Below, piece by piece: positions 48,001 to 63,300 of a DNA stretch of 64,000 nucleotides. Below the pieces are notes generated by a model. The model saw only the letters and a list, made by a program, of their open reading frames with translations, did not search any database and was not told the origin of the DNA. Every line of letters begins with the position of its first letter. The first letter of the stretch is position 1. The stretch covers positions 15,199,675 through 15,263,674 of the forward strand of contig OZ037768.1 of the NCBI GenBank assembly GCA_964035545.1, given 5' to 3'. Source of the stretch: Bugula neritina (taxonomy: Eukaryota > Animalia > Bryozoa). A program made the translations under genes and the position numbers.

Positions 48001-51000
48001 ATACACTGCAACACATTGAAACATTCCGCAACATACCGAAATATATGGTAACCTAATGAAATACACTGTAACACGTTGAAGTACACTGCAACATACTGAA
48101 ATACACTGCAACACACTAAAGTATACTGTAATTTACAGAAATGTACTGTAACATACTGAAACATGCGGCAACATATTGAAATATACTGCAACACATTGAA
48201 ATATACTGCAACTTACTGAAATGTGCTGCAGCATACTGAAATACACTGCAACACAGTGAAGTATACTCTAATATACAGAAATGTACTGTAAAATACTGAA
48301 ATATACTGCAACATACTGAAATACACCGTAACATACTGAAATACACTGTAACATATTGAAATACACTGCAACACACCAAAATATACTTAAACATACCAAA
48401 AAATATAGTAAACTACTGAAATATGTTACAAACTATTGAAACATACTGCAACATAATGAAATATACTGCAACATACTGAAAGATATTGCAACATACTGCA
48501 ACATACTGAAATACACTGTAGAATACTGCAATATACTGCAACATACTGAAATATACTGCAAGATACTGCAAAATACTGAAATACATTGTAAGATACCTAA
48601 TTACACTGCAACATACTGCAACATACTGCAACATATTGAAATACACTGTAACATATTGAAAAACACTACAACACATTGAAATTCACCGCAACATACCGAA
48701 GTATATGGTAGCCTACTGAAATATACTGCGACATATTGAAATATATTGCAACATAATGAAATATGCTGTAACATACTAAGACATACTGCAACATATGGAA
48801 ATATAATGCAACATACTGAAATATACTCCAACATACTAAAATACACTGCAACACACTGCAACATACTGAAATATACTGCAACATACTGAAATACACTGTA
48901 ACATACTGAATTACACTGCAACATACTGTAACATACTGAAGTTCACTGCAACACATTGAAATGAACTGCAACATACGAAATTATACTTCAACATACTAAA
49001 AAAAACCGAAAAATATTGAAACATGCTGTAATACACTGTAACATACTGAAATACACTGTAACATATTGGAATGCACTGCAACACATTGAAATATACCGCA
49101 ACATACTGAAATATGCTACAGCATACTGAAATACACTGCAAGACACTGAATTATACTGTAGTATACAGAAATGTACTGTAACATACTGAAATCTATGGCA
49201 ACATACTTAAATGTACTGCAACATACTTAAGTATACTGCAACAAACTGAATATACGGTAACCTACCGAAATATGTTGCAAACTCCTAAAATATACTAAGT
49301 CACCAAAAATATTGCAGTTGTGCAACATAATGTAATATACCGCAAAAACATTGAAATATCCTGCAACAGCTTAAGAGATACTGCAAAATACTGCAACATA
49401 CTGAAATACACTCTAACATACTGAAATACACTGCAACATACTGAAATACACTGTAACATATTAAAATACACTGCAACACACTGAAATATACTGAAATATA
49501 CCGAAATATATGGTAACCTAATGAAATACACTGTAACACGTTGAAGTACACTGCAACATATTGAAATACACTGCAACACACTAAAGTATACTGTAATTTA
49601 CAGAAATGTACTGTAACATACTGAAACATGCGGCAACATATTGAAATATACTGCAACACATTGAAATATACTGCAACTTACTGAAATGTGCTGCAGCATA
49701 CTGAAATACACTGCAACACAGTGAAGTATACTCTAATATACAGAAATGTACTGTAAAATACTGAAATATACTGCAACATACTGAAATACACTGTAACATA
49801 TTGAAATACACTGCAACACACCAAAATATACTTAAACATACCAAAAAATATGGTAAACTACTGAAATATGTTACAAACTATTGAAACATACTGCAACATA
49901 ATGAAATATACTGCAACATACTGAAAGATATTGCAACATACTGCAACATACTGAAATACACTGTAGAATACTGCAATATACTGCAACATACTGAAATATA
50001 CTGCAACATACTGAAATACACTGTAACATACTGAATTACACTGCAACATACTGTAACATACTGAAGTTCACTGCAACACATTGAAATGAACTGCAACATA
50101 CGAAATTATACTTCAACATACTAAAAAAAACCGAAAAATATTGAAACATGCTGTAATACACTGTAACATACTGAAATACACTGTAACATATTGGAATGCA
50201 CTGCAACACATTGAAATATACCGCAAGATACCGAAATGTTTGGTAACCTACTGAAATATGCTGTAACACATTGAAACATACTGCAACACATTGAAATAAA
50301 CCGCAACATACTGAAATATGCTACAGCATACTGAAATACACTGCAAGACACTGAATTATACTGTAGTATACAGAAATGTACTGTAACATACTGAAATCTA
50401 TGGCAACATACTTAAATGTACTGCAACATACTTAAGTATACTGCAACAAACTGAATATACGGTAACCTACCGAAATATGTTGCAAACTCCTAAAATATAC
50501 TAAGTCACCAAAAATATTGCAGTTGTGCAACATAATGTAATATACCGCAAAAACATTGAAATATCCTGCAACAGCTTAAGAGATACTGCAAAATACTGCA
50601 ACATACTGAAATACACTCTAACATACTGAAATACACTGCAACAAACTGAAATACACTGTAACATATTAAAATACACTGCAACACACTGAAATATACTGAA
50701 ATATACCGAAATATATGGTAACCTACTGAAATATGTTGCAAACCACCGAAATATACTGCAACATACTGCAACATAATGAAGTATACTGCAACATACTGAA
50801 ATATACTGCAAGATACTGCAACATACTGAAATACACTGTAACATACTGAAATACACTGCAACATACTGAAATATACTGCATGATACTGCAACATACTGAA
50901 ACACATTGTAAGACACTTAAATACACTGCAACATACCGCAACATACGGCAACGTATTGAAATACACTGTAACATATTGAAAAACACTGCAACACATTGAA

Positions 51001-51380
51001 ATATACTGCAACATACTGAAACATACAGCAACATACTGAAATATACTCCAACATACTAAAATACACTGCAACACACTGCAACATACTGAAATATACTGCA
51101 ACATACTGAAATACACTGTTACATACTGAATTACACTGCAACATACTGTAACATACTGAAGTTCACTGCAACACATTGAAATAAACTGCAACATACGGAA
51201 TTATACTTCAACATACTGAGAAATACCGAAAAATATTGAAACATGCTGTAATACGCTGTAACATACTGAAATACACTGTAACATATTGGAATGCACTGCA
51301 ACACATTGAAATATACCGCAACATACCGAAATGTTTGGTAACCTACTGAAATATGCTGTAACGCATTGAAATATACTGCA
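33000..51380 (+). repeat. Two tandem, apparently identical copies of a 9187-bp higher-order repeat (3991 + 3991 + 1205)
   Basis: Identical translated ORFs at offset 9187 throughout (33153/42340, 36117/45304, 38114/47301, 40108/49295, 41318/50505). Private variants are shared (ATACCTCAAC 34255/43442, CCGACGTAT 37829/47016). Confidence 0.92.
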
Positions 51381-54300
51381 ACACATTGAAATATACCGCA
51401 ACATACTAAAATATGCTACAGCATACTGAAATACACTGCAAGACACTGAAGTATACTGTAATAGACAGAAATGTACTGTAACATACTGAAACTTATGGCA
51501 ACATACTTAAATGTACTGCAACATACTTAAATATACCGCAACAAACTAAATATACGGTAACCTACCGAAATATGTTGCAAAGTCCTAAAATATACTAAGT
51601 CACGAAAAAATATCGCAACTGTGCAACATAATGAAATATACCGCAAAAACATTGAAATATCCTGCAACAGCTTAAGAGATACTGCAAAACACTGCAACAT
51701 ACTGAAACACACAGTAACATACTGAATTATACTGAAATACATTGTAAGATACTGAAATAGACTGCAACATACTGCAACATAATGGAATATATGGTAACCT
51801 ACTGAAATATGTTGAAAACTACTGAAATATACTGCAACATTATGCAACATAATGAAAGATACTGCAACATACTGAAATAAACTGCAAGATACTGCAACAT
51901 ACTGAAATACACTGTAACATACTGAAATACACTGTAACATATTGAAATACACTGCAACATACTGCAACATACTAAAAAACACTGTAACATATTGAAATAA
52001 ACTGCAACACATTGAAACATTCCGCAACATACCGAAATATATGGTAACCTAATGAAATATACTGTAACACTTTGAAGTACACTGCAACATACTGAAATAC
52101 ACTGCAACACACTAAAGTATACTGTAATTTACAGAAATGTACTGTAACATACTGAAATACACTGTAACATATTGAAAAACACTACAACACATTGAAATAT
52201 ACCGCAACAAACCGAAGTATATGGTAGCCTACTGAAATATACTGCGACATATTGAAATATACTGCAACATAATGAATTATGCTGTAACATACTAAGACAT
52301 ACTGCAACATCCTGAAATATAATGCAACATACTGAAATATACTCCAACATACTAAAATACACTGCAACACACTGCAACCTACTGAAATATACTGCAACAT
52401 ACTGGAATACACTGTAACATACTGAATTACACTGCAACATACTGTAACATACTGAAGTTCACTGCAACACATTGAAATAAACTACAACATACAGAATTAT
52501 ACTTCAACATACTGAAATATACCGAAAAAAATTGAAACATACTGAAATACACTGCAACATACTGAAATATACTGCATGATACTGCAACATACTGATACAC
52601 ATTGTAAGATACTGAAATACACTGCAACATACCGCAACATACTGCAACGTATTGAAATACACTGTAACATATTGAAATATACTGCAACATACTGAAACAT
52701 ACGGCAACATACTGAAATATACTGCGACACATTGAAATATAGTGCAACATACTGAAATATGCTGTAGCATACTGAAATACACTGCAATACACTGAATTTT
52801 ACTGTAACATACAGAAACGTACTGTAACACACTGAAACATACGGCAACATACTAAAATATACTGCGACACATTGAAATATACTGCAACATACTGAAATAC
52901 ACCGTAATATACTAAACTCCACTGCAACATTCTGAAATACACTGTAACACATTGAAATACACTGCAACACATTGAATTATACTGAAATACATTGTGAGGT
53001 ACTGAAATACACTGCAACATACTGCAACATAATGGAATATATGGTAACCTACTGAAATATGTTGAAAACTACTGAAATATACTGCAACATAATGCAACAT
53101 AATGAAAGATACTGCAACATACTGAAATACATTGTAACATACTGAAATACACTGTAACATATTGAAATACACTGCAACATACTGCAACATACTAAAAAAC
53201 ACTGTAACATATTGAAATAAACTGCAACACATTGAAACATTCCGCAACATACCGAAATATATGGTAACCTAATGAAATATACTGTAACACGTTGAAGTAC
53301 ACTGCAACATACTGAAATACACTGCAACACACTAAAGTATACTGTAATTTACAGAAATGTACTGTAACATACTGAAATACACTGTAACATATTGAAAAAC
53401 ACTACAACACATTGAAATATACCGCGACAAACCGAAGTATATGGTAGCCTACTGAAATATATGCGACATATTGAAATATACTGCAACATAATGAATTATG
53501 CTGTAACATACTAAGACATACTGCAACATCCTGAAATATAATGCAACATACTGAAATATACTCCAACATACTAAAATACACTGCAACACACTGCAACCTA
53601 CTGAAATATACTGCAACATACTGGAATACACTGTAACATACTGAATTACACTGCAACATACTGTAACATACTGAAGTTCACTGCAACACATTGAAATAAA
53701 CTGCAACATACAGAATTATACTTCAACATACTGAAATATACCGAAAAAAATTGAAACATACTGAAATACACTGCAACATACTGAAATATACTGCATGATA
53801 CTGCAACATACTGATACACATTGTAAGATACTGAAATACACTGCAACATACCGCAACATACTGCAACGTATTGAAATACACTGTAACATATTGAAATATA
53901 CTGCAACATACTGAAACATACGGCAACATACTGAAATATACTGCGACACATTGAAATATAGTGCAACATACTGAAATATGCTGTAGCATACTGAATTACA
54001 CTGCAATACACTGAATTTTACTGTAACATACAGAAACGTACTGTAACACACTAAAACATACGGCAACATACTAAAATATACTGCGACACATTGAAATATA
54101 CTGCAACATACTGAAATACACCGTAATATACTAAACTCCACTGCAACATTCTGAAATACACTGTAACACATTGAAATACACTGCAACACATTGAATTATA
54201 CTGAAATACATTGTGAGGTACTGAAATACACTGCAACATACTGCAACATAATGGAATATATGGTAACCTACTGAAATATGTTGAAAACTACTGAAATATA

Positions 54301-57300
54301 CTGCAAAATAATGCAACATAATGAAAGATACTGCAACATACTGAAATAAACTGCAAGATACTGCAACATACTGAAATACATTGTAACATACTGAAATACA
54401 CTGTAACATATTGAAATACACTGCAACACATTGAAACATTCCGCAACATACCGAAATATATGGTAACCTAATGAAATACACTGTAACACGTTGAAGTACA
54501 CTGCAACATATTGAAATACACTGCAACACACTAAAGTATACTGTAATTTACAGAAATGTACTGTAACATACTGAAACATGCGGCAACATATTGAAATATA
54601 CTGCAACACATTGAAATATACTGCAACTTACTGAAATGTGCTGCAGCATACTGAAATACACTGCAACACAGTGAAGTATACTCTAATATACAGAAATGTA
54701 CTGTAAAATAGTGAAATATACTGCAACATACTGAAATACACCGTAACATACTGAAATACACTGTAACATATTGAAATACACTGCAACACACCAACATATA
54801 CTTAAACATACCAAAAAACATGGTAAACTACTGAAATATGTTACAAACTATTGAAACATACTGCAACATAATGAAATATACTGCAACATACTGAAAGATA
54901 TTGCAACATACTGCAACATACTGAAATACACTGTAGAATACTGCAATATACTGCAACATACTGAAATATACTGCAAGATACTGCAAAATACTGAAATACA
55001 TTGTAAGATACCTAATTACACTGCAACATACTGCAACATACTGCAACATATTGAAATACACTGTAACATATTGAAAAACACTACAACACATTGAAATTTA
55101 CCGCAACATACCGAAGTATATGGTAGCCTACTGAAATATACTGCGACATATTGAAATATATTGCAACATAATGAAATATGCTGTAACATACTAAGACATA
55201 CTGCAACATATGGAAATATAATGCAACATACTGAAATATACTCCAACATACTAAAATACACTGCAACACACTGCAACATACTGAAATATACTGCAACATA
55301 CTGAAATACACTGTAACATACTGAATTACACTGCAACATACTGTAACATACTGAAGTTCACTGCAACACATTGAAATGAACTGCAACATACGAAATTATA
55401 CTTCAACATACTAAAAAAAACCGAAAAAAATTGATACATGCTGTAATACACTGTAACATACCGAAATACACTGTAACATATTGGAATGCACTGCAACACA
55501 TTGAAATATACCGCAAGATACCGAAATGTTTGGTAACCTACTGAAATATGCTGTAACACATTGAAACATACTGCAACACATTGAAATAAACCGCAACATA
55601 CTGAAATATGCTACAGCATACTGAAATACACTGCAAGACACTGAAGTATACTGTAGTATACAGAAATGTACTGTAACATACTGAAATCTATGGCAACATA
55701 CTTAAATGTACTGCAACATACTTAAGTATACTGCAACAAACTGAATATACGGTAACCTACCGAAATATGTTGCAAACTCCTAAAATATACTAAGTCACCA
55801 AAAATATTGCAGTTGTGCAACATAATGTAATATACCGCAAAAACATTGAAATATCCTGCAACAGCTTAAGAGATACTGCAAAATACTGCAACATACTGAA
55901 ATACACTGTAACATACTGAAATACACTGCAACATACTGAAATACACTGTAACATATTAAAATACACTGCAACACACTGAAATATACTGAAATATACCGAA
56001 ATATATGGTAACCTACTGAAATATGTTGCAAACCACTGAAATATACTGCAACATACTGCAACATAATGAAGTATACTGCAACATACTGAAATATACTGCA
56101 AGATACTGCAACATACTGAAATACACTGTAACATACTGAAATACACTGCAACATACTGAAATATACTGCATGATACTGCAACATACTGAAACACATTGTA
56201 AGACACTTAAATACACTGCAACATACCGCAACATACGGCAACGTACTGAAATACACTGTAACATATTGAAAAACACTGCAACACATTGAAATATACTGCA
56301 ACATACTGAAACATACAGCAACATACTGAAATATACTGCGACACATTGAAATACAATGCAACATACTGAAATATGCTTTAGCATACTGAAATACACTGCA
56401 ATACACTGAAGTATACTGTAATATACAGAAACGTACTGTTACATACTGAAACGTACGGCAACATACTAAAATATACTGCGACACATTGAAATATACTGCA
56501 ACATACTGAAATACACCGTAACATACTAAACTCCACTGCAACATTCTGAAATACACTGTAACTCATTGAAATACACTGCAACACATTGAATTATACTGAA
56601 ATACATTGTGAGATACTGAAATACACTGCAACATACTGCAACATGATGGAATATATGGTAACCTACTGAAATATGTTGAAAACTACTGAAATATACTGCA
56701 ACATAATGCAACATAATGAAAGATACTGCAACATACTGAAATAAACTGCAAGATACTGCAACATACTGAAATACACTGTAACATACTGAAATACACTGTA
56801 ACATATTGAAATACACTGCAACACATTGAAACATTCCGCAACATACCGAAATATATGGTAACCTAATGAAATATACTGTAACACGTTGAAGTACACTGCA
56901 CCATACTGAAATACACTGCAACACACTAAAGTATACTGTAATTTACAGAAATGTACTGTAACATACTGAAACATGCGGCAACATATTGAAATATACTGCA
57001 ACACATTGAAATATACTGCAACTTACTGAAATGTGCTGCAGCATACTGAAATACACTGCAACACAGTGAAGTATACTCTAATATACAGAAATGTACTGAA
57101 AAATACTGAAATATACTGCAACATACCGAAATATATGGTAACCAACTGAAGTATGTTGCAAACTACTGAAATATACTGCAACATACTGAAATACACCGTA
57201 ACATACTGAAATACACTGCAACATACTGAAATACACCGTAACATACTGAAATACACTGTAACATATTGAAATACACTGCAACACACCAAAATATACTTAA

Positions 57301-60300
57301 ACATACCAAAAAATATAGTAAACTACTGAAATATGTTACAAACTATTGAAACATACTGCAACATAATGAAATATACTGCAACATACTGAAAGATATTGCA
57401 ACATACTGCAACATACTGAAATACACTGTAGAATACTGCAATATACTGCAACATACTGAAATATACTGCAAGATACTGCAAAATACTGAAATACATTGTA
57501 AGATACCTAATTACACTGCAACATACTGCAACATACTGCAACATATTGAAATACACTGTAACATATTGAAAAACACTACAACACATTGAAATTCACCGCA
57601 ACATACCGAAGTATATGGTAGCCTACTGAAATATACTGCGACATATTGAAATATATTGCAACATAATGAAATATGCTGTAACATACTAAGACATACTGCA
57701 ACATATGGAAATATAATGCAACATACTGAAATATACTCCAACATACTAAAATACACTGCAACACACTGCAACATACTGAAATATACTGCAACATACTGAA
57801 ATACACTGTAACATACTGAATTACACTGCAACATACTGTAACATACTGAAGTTCACTGCAACACATTGAAATGAACTGCAACATACGAAATTATACTTCA
57901 ACATACTAAAAAAAACCGAAAAATATTGAAACATGCTGTAATACACTGTAACATACCGAAATACACTGTAACATATTGGAATGCACTGCAACACATTGAA
58001 ATATACCGCAACATACTGAAATATGCTACAGCATACTGAAATACACTGCAAGACACTGAATTATACTGTAGTATACAGAAATGTACTGTAACATACTGAA
58101 ATCTATGGCAACATACTTAAATGTACTGCAACATACTTAAGTATACTGCAACAAACTGAATATACGGTAACCTACCGAAATATGTTGCAAACTCCTAAAA
58201 TATACTAAGTCACCAAAAATATTGCAGTTGTGCAACATAATGTAATATACCGCAAAAACATTGAAATATCCTGCAACAGCTTAAGAGATACTGCAAAATA
58301 CTGCAACATACTGAAATACACTCTAACATACTGAAATACACTGCAACATACTGAAATACACTGTAACATATTAAAATACACTGCAACACACTGAAATATA
58401 CTGAAATATACCGAAATATATGGTAACCTAATGAAATACACTGTAACACGTTGAAGTACACTGCAACATATTGAAATACACTGCAACACACTAAAGTATA
58501 CTGTAATTTACAGAAATGTACTGTAACATACTGAAACATGCGGCAACATATTGAAATATACTGCAACACATTGAAATATACTGCAACTTACTGAAATGTG
58601 CTGCAGCATACTGAAATACACTGCAACACAGTGAAGTATACTCTAATATACAGAAATGTACTGTAAAATACTGAAATATACTGCAACATACTGAAATACA
58701 CTGTAACATATTGAAATACACTGCAACACACCAAAATATACTTAAACATACCAAAAAATATGGTAAACTACTGAAATATGTTACAAACTATTGAAACATA
58801 CTGCAACATAATGAAATATACTGCAACATACTGAAAGATATTGCAACATACTGCAACATACTGAAATACACTGTAGAATACTGCAATATACTGCAACATA
58901 CTGAAATATACTGCAACATACTGAAATACACTGTAACATACTGAATTACACTGCAACATACTGTAACATACTGAAGTTCACTGCAACACATTGAAATGAA
59001 CTGCAACATACGAAATTATACTTCAACATACTAAAAAAAACCGAAAAATATTGAAACATGCTGTAATACACTGTAACATACTGAAATACACTGTAACATA
59101 TTGGAATGCACTGCAACACATTGAAATATACCGCAAGATACCGAAATGTTTGGTAACCTACTGAAATATGCTGTAACACATTGAAACATACTGCAACACA
59201 TTGAAATAAACCGCAACATACTGAAATATGCTACAGCATACTGAAATACACTGCAAGACACTGAATTATACTGTAGTATACAGAAATGTACTGTAACATA
59301 CTGAAATCTATGGCAACATACTTAAATGTACTGCAACATACTTAAGTATACTGCAACAAACTGAATATACGGTAACCTACCGAAATATGTTGCAAACTCC
59401 TAAAATATACTAAGTCACCAAAAATGTTGCAGTTGTGCAACATAATGTAATATACCGCAAAAACATTGAAATATCCTGCAACAGCTTAAGAGATACTGCA
59501 AAATACTGCAACATACTGAAATACACTCTAACATACTGAAATACACTGCAACAAACTGAAATACACTGTAACATATTAAAATACACTGCAACACACTGAA
59601 ATATACTGAAATATACCGAAATATATGGTAACCTACTGAAATATGTTGCAAACCACCGAAATATACTGCAACATACTGCAACATAATGAAGTATACTGCA
59701 ACATACTGAAATATACTGCAAGATACTGCAACATACTGAAATACACTGTAACATACTGAAATACACTGCAACATACTGAAATATACTGCATGATACTGCA
59801 ACATACTGAAACACATTGTAAGACACTTAAATACACTGCAACATACCGCAACATACGGCAACGTATTGAAATACACTGTAACATATTGAAAAACACTGCA
59901 ACACATTGAAATATACTGCAACATACTGAAACATACAGCAACATACTGAAATATACTCCAACATACTAAAATACACTGCAACACACTGCAACATACTGAA
60001 ATATACTGCAACATACTGAAATACACTGTTACATACTGAATTACACTGCAACATACTGTAACATACTGAAGTTCACTGCAACACATTGAAATAAACTGCA
60101 ACATACGGAATTATACTTCAACATACTGAGAAATACCGAAAAATATTGAAACATGCTGTAATACGCTGTAACATACTGAAATACACTGTAACATATTGGA
60201 ATGCACTGCAACACATTGAAATATACCGCAACATACCGAAATGTTTGGTAACCTACTTAAATATGCTGTAACGCATTGAAATATACTGCAACACATTGAA

Positions 60301-63300
60301 ATATACCGCAACATACTAAAATATGCTACAGCATACTGAAATACACTGCAAGACACTGAAGTATACTGTAATAGACAGAAATGTACTGTAACATACTGAA
60401 ACTTATGGCAACATACTTAAATGTACTGCAACATACTTAAATATACCGCAACAAACTAAATATACGGTAACCTACCGAAATATGTTGCAAAGTCCTAAAA
60501 TATACTAAGTCACGAAAAAATATCGCAACTGTGCAACATAATGAAATATACCGCAAAAACATTGAAATATCCTGCAACAGCTTAAGAGATACTGCAAAAC
60601 ACTGCAACATACTGAAACACACAGTAACATACTGAATTATACTGAAATACATTGTAAGATACTGAAATAGACTGCAACATACTGCAACATAATGGAATAT
60701 ATGGTAACCTACTGAAATATGTTGAAAACTACTGAAATATACTGCAACATTATGCAACATAATGAAAGATACTGCAACATACTGAAATAAACTGCAAGAT
60801 ACTGCAACATACTGAAATACACTGTAACATACTGAAATACACTGTAACATATTGAAATACACTGCAACATACTGCAACATACTAAAAAACACTGTAACAT
60901 ATTGAAATAAACTGCAACACATTGAAACATTCCGCAACATACCGAAATATATGGTAACCTAATGAAATATACTGTAACACGTTGAAGTACACTGCAACAT
61001 ACTGAAATACACTGCAACACACTAAAGTATACTGTAATTTACAGAAATGTACTGTAACATACTGAAATACACTGTAACATATTGAAAAACACTACAACAC
61101 ATTGAAATATACCGCAACAAACCGAAGTATATGGTAGCCTACTGAAATATACTGCGACATATTGAAATATACTGCAACATAATGAATTATGCTGTAACAT
61201 ACTAAGACATACTGCAACATCCTGAAATATAATGCAACATACTGAAATATACTCCAACATACTAAAATACACTGCAACACACTGCAACCTACTGAAATAT
61301 ACTGCAACATACTGGAATACACTGTAACATACTGAATTACACTGCAACATACTGTAACATACTGAAGTTCACTGCAACACATTGAAATAAACTGCAACAT
61401 ACAGAATTATACTTCAACATACTGAAATATACCGAAAAAAATTGAAACATACTGAAATACACTGCAACATACTGAAATATACTGCATGATACTGCAACAT
61501 ACTGATACACATTGTAAGATACTGAAATACACTGCAACATACCGCAACATACTGCAACGTATTGAAATACACTGTAACATATTGAAATATACTGCAACAT
61601 ACTGAAACATACGGCAACATACTGAAATATACTGCGACACATTGAAATATAGTGCAACATACTGAAATATGCTGTAGCATACTGAAATACACTGCAATAC
61701 ACTGAATTTTACTGTAACATACAGAAACGTACTGTAACACACTGAAACATACGGCAACATACTAAAATATACTGCGACACATTGAAATATACTGCAACAT
61801 ACTGAAATACACCGTAATATACTAAACTCCACTGCAACATTCTGAAATACACTGTAACACATTGAAATACACTGCAACACATTGAATTATACTGAAATAC
61901 ATTGTGAGGTACTGAAATACACTGCAACATACTGCAACATAATGGAATATATGGTAACCTACTGAAATATGTTGAAAACTACTGAAATATACTGCAACAT
62001 AATGCAACATAATGAAAGATACTGCAACATACTGAAATACATTGTAACATACTGAAATACACTGTAACATATTGAAATACACTGCAACATACTGCAACAT
62101 ACTAAAAAACACTGTAACATATTGAAATAAACTGCAACACATTGAAACATTCCGCAACATACCGAAATATATGGTAACCTAATGAAATATACTGTAACAC
62201 GTTGAAGTACACTGCAACATACTGAAATACACTGCAACACACTAAAGTATACTGTAATTTACAGAAATGTACTGTAACATACTGAAATACACTGTAACAT
62301 ATTGAAAAACACTACAACACATTGAAATATACCGCGACAAACCGAAGTATATGGTAGCCTACTGAAATATATGCGACATATTGAAATATACTGCAACATA
62401 ATGAATTATGCTGTAACATACTAAGACATACTGCAACATCCTGAAATATAATGCAACATACTGAAATATACTCCAACATACTAAAATACACTGCAACACA
62501 CTGCAACCTACTGAAATATACTGCAACATACTGGAATACACTGTAACATACTGAATTACACTGCAACATACTGTAACATACTGAAGTTCACTGCAACACA
62601 TTGAAATAAACTGCAACATACAGAATTATACTTCAACATACTGAAATATACCGAAAAAAATTGAAACATACTGAAATACACTGCAACATACTGAAATATA
62701 CTGCATGATACTGCAACATACTGATACACATTGTAAGATACTGAAATACACTGCAACATACCGCAACATACTGCAACGTATTGAAATACACTGTAACATA
62801 TTGAAATATACTGCAACATACTGAAACATACGGCAACATACTGAAATATACTGCGACACATTGAAATATAGTGCAACATACTGAAATATGCTGTAGCATA
62901 CTGAATTACACTGCAATACACTGAATTTTACTGTAACATACAGAAACGTACTGTAACACACTAAAACATACGGCAACATACTAAAATATACTGCGACACA
63001 TTGAAATATACTGCAACATACTGAAATACACCGTAATATACTAAACTCCACTGCAACATTCTGAAATACACTGTAACACATTGAAATACACTGCAACACA
63101 TTGAATTATACTGAAATACATTGTGAGGTACTGAAATACACTGCAACATACTGCAACATAATGGAATATATGGTAACCTACTGAAATATGTTGAAAACTA
63201 CTGAAATATACTGCAAAATAATGCAACATAATGAAAGATACTGCAACATACTGAAATAAACTGCAAGATACTGCAACATACTGAAATACATTGTAACATA

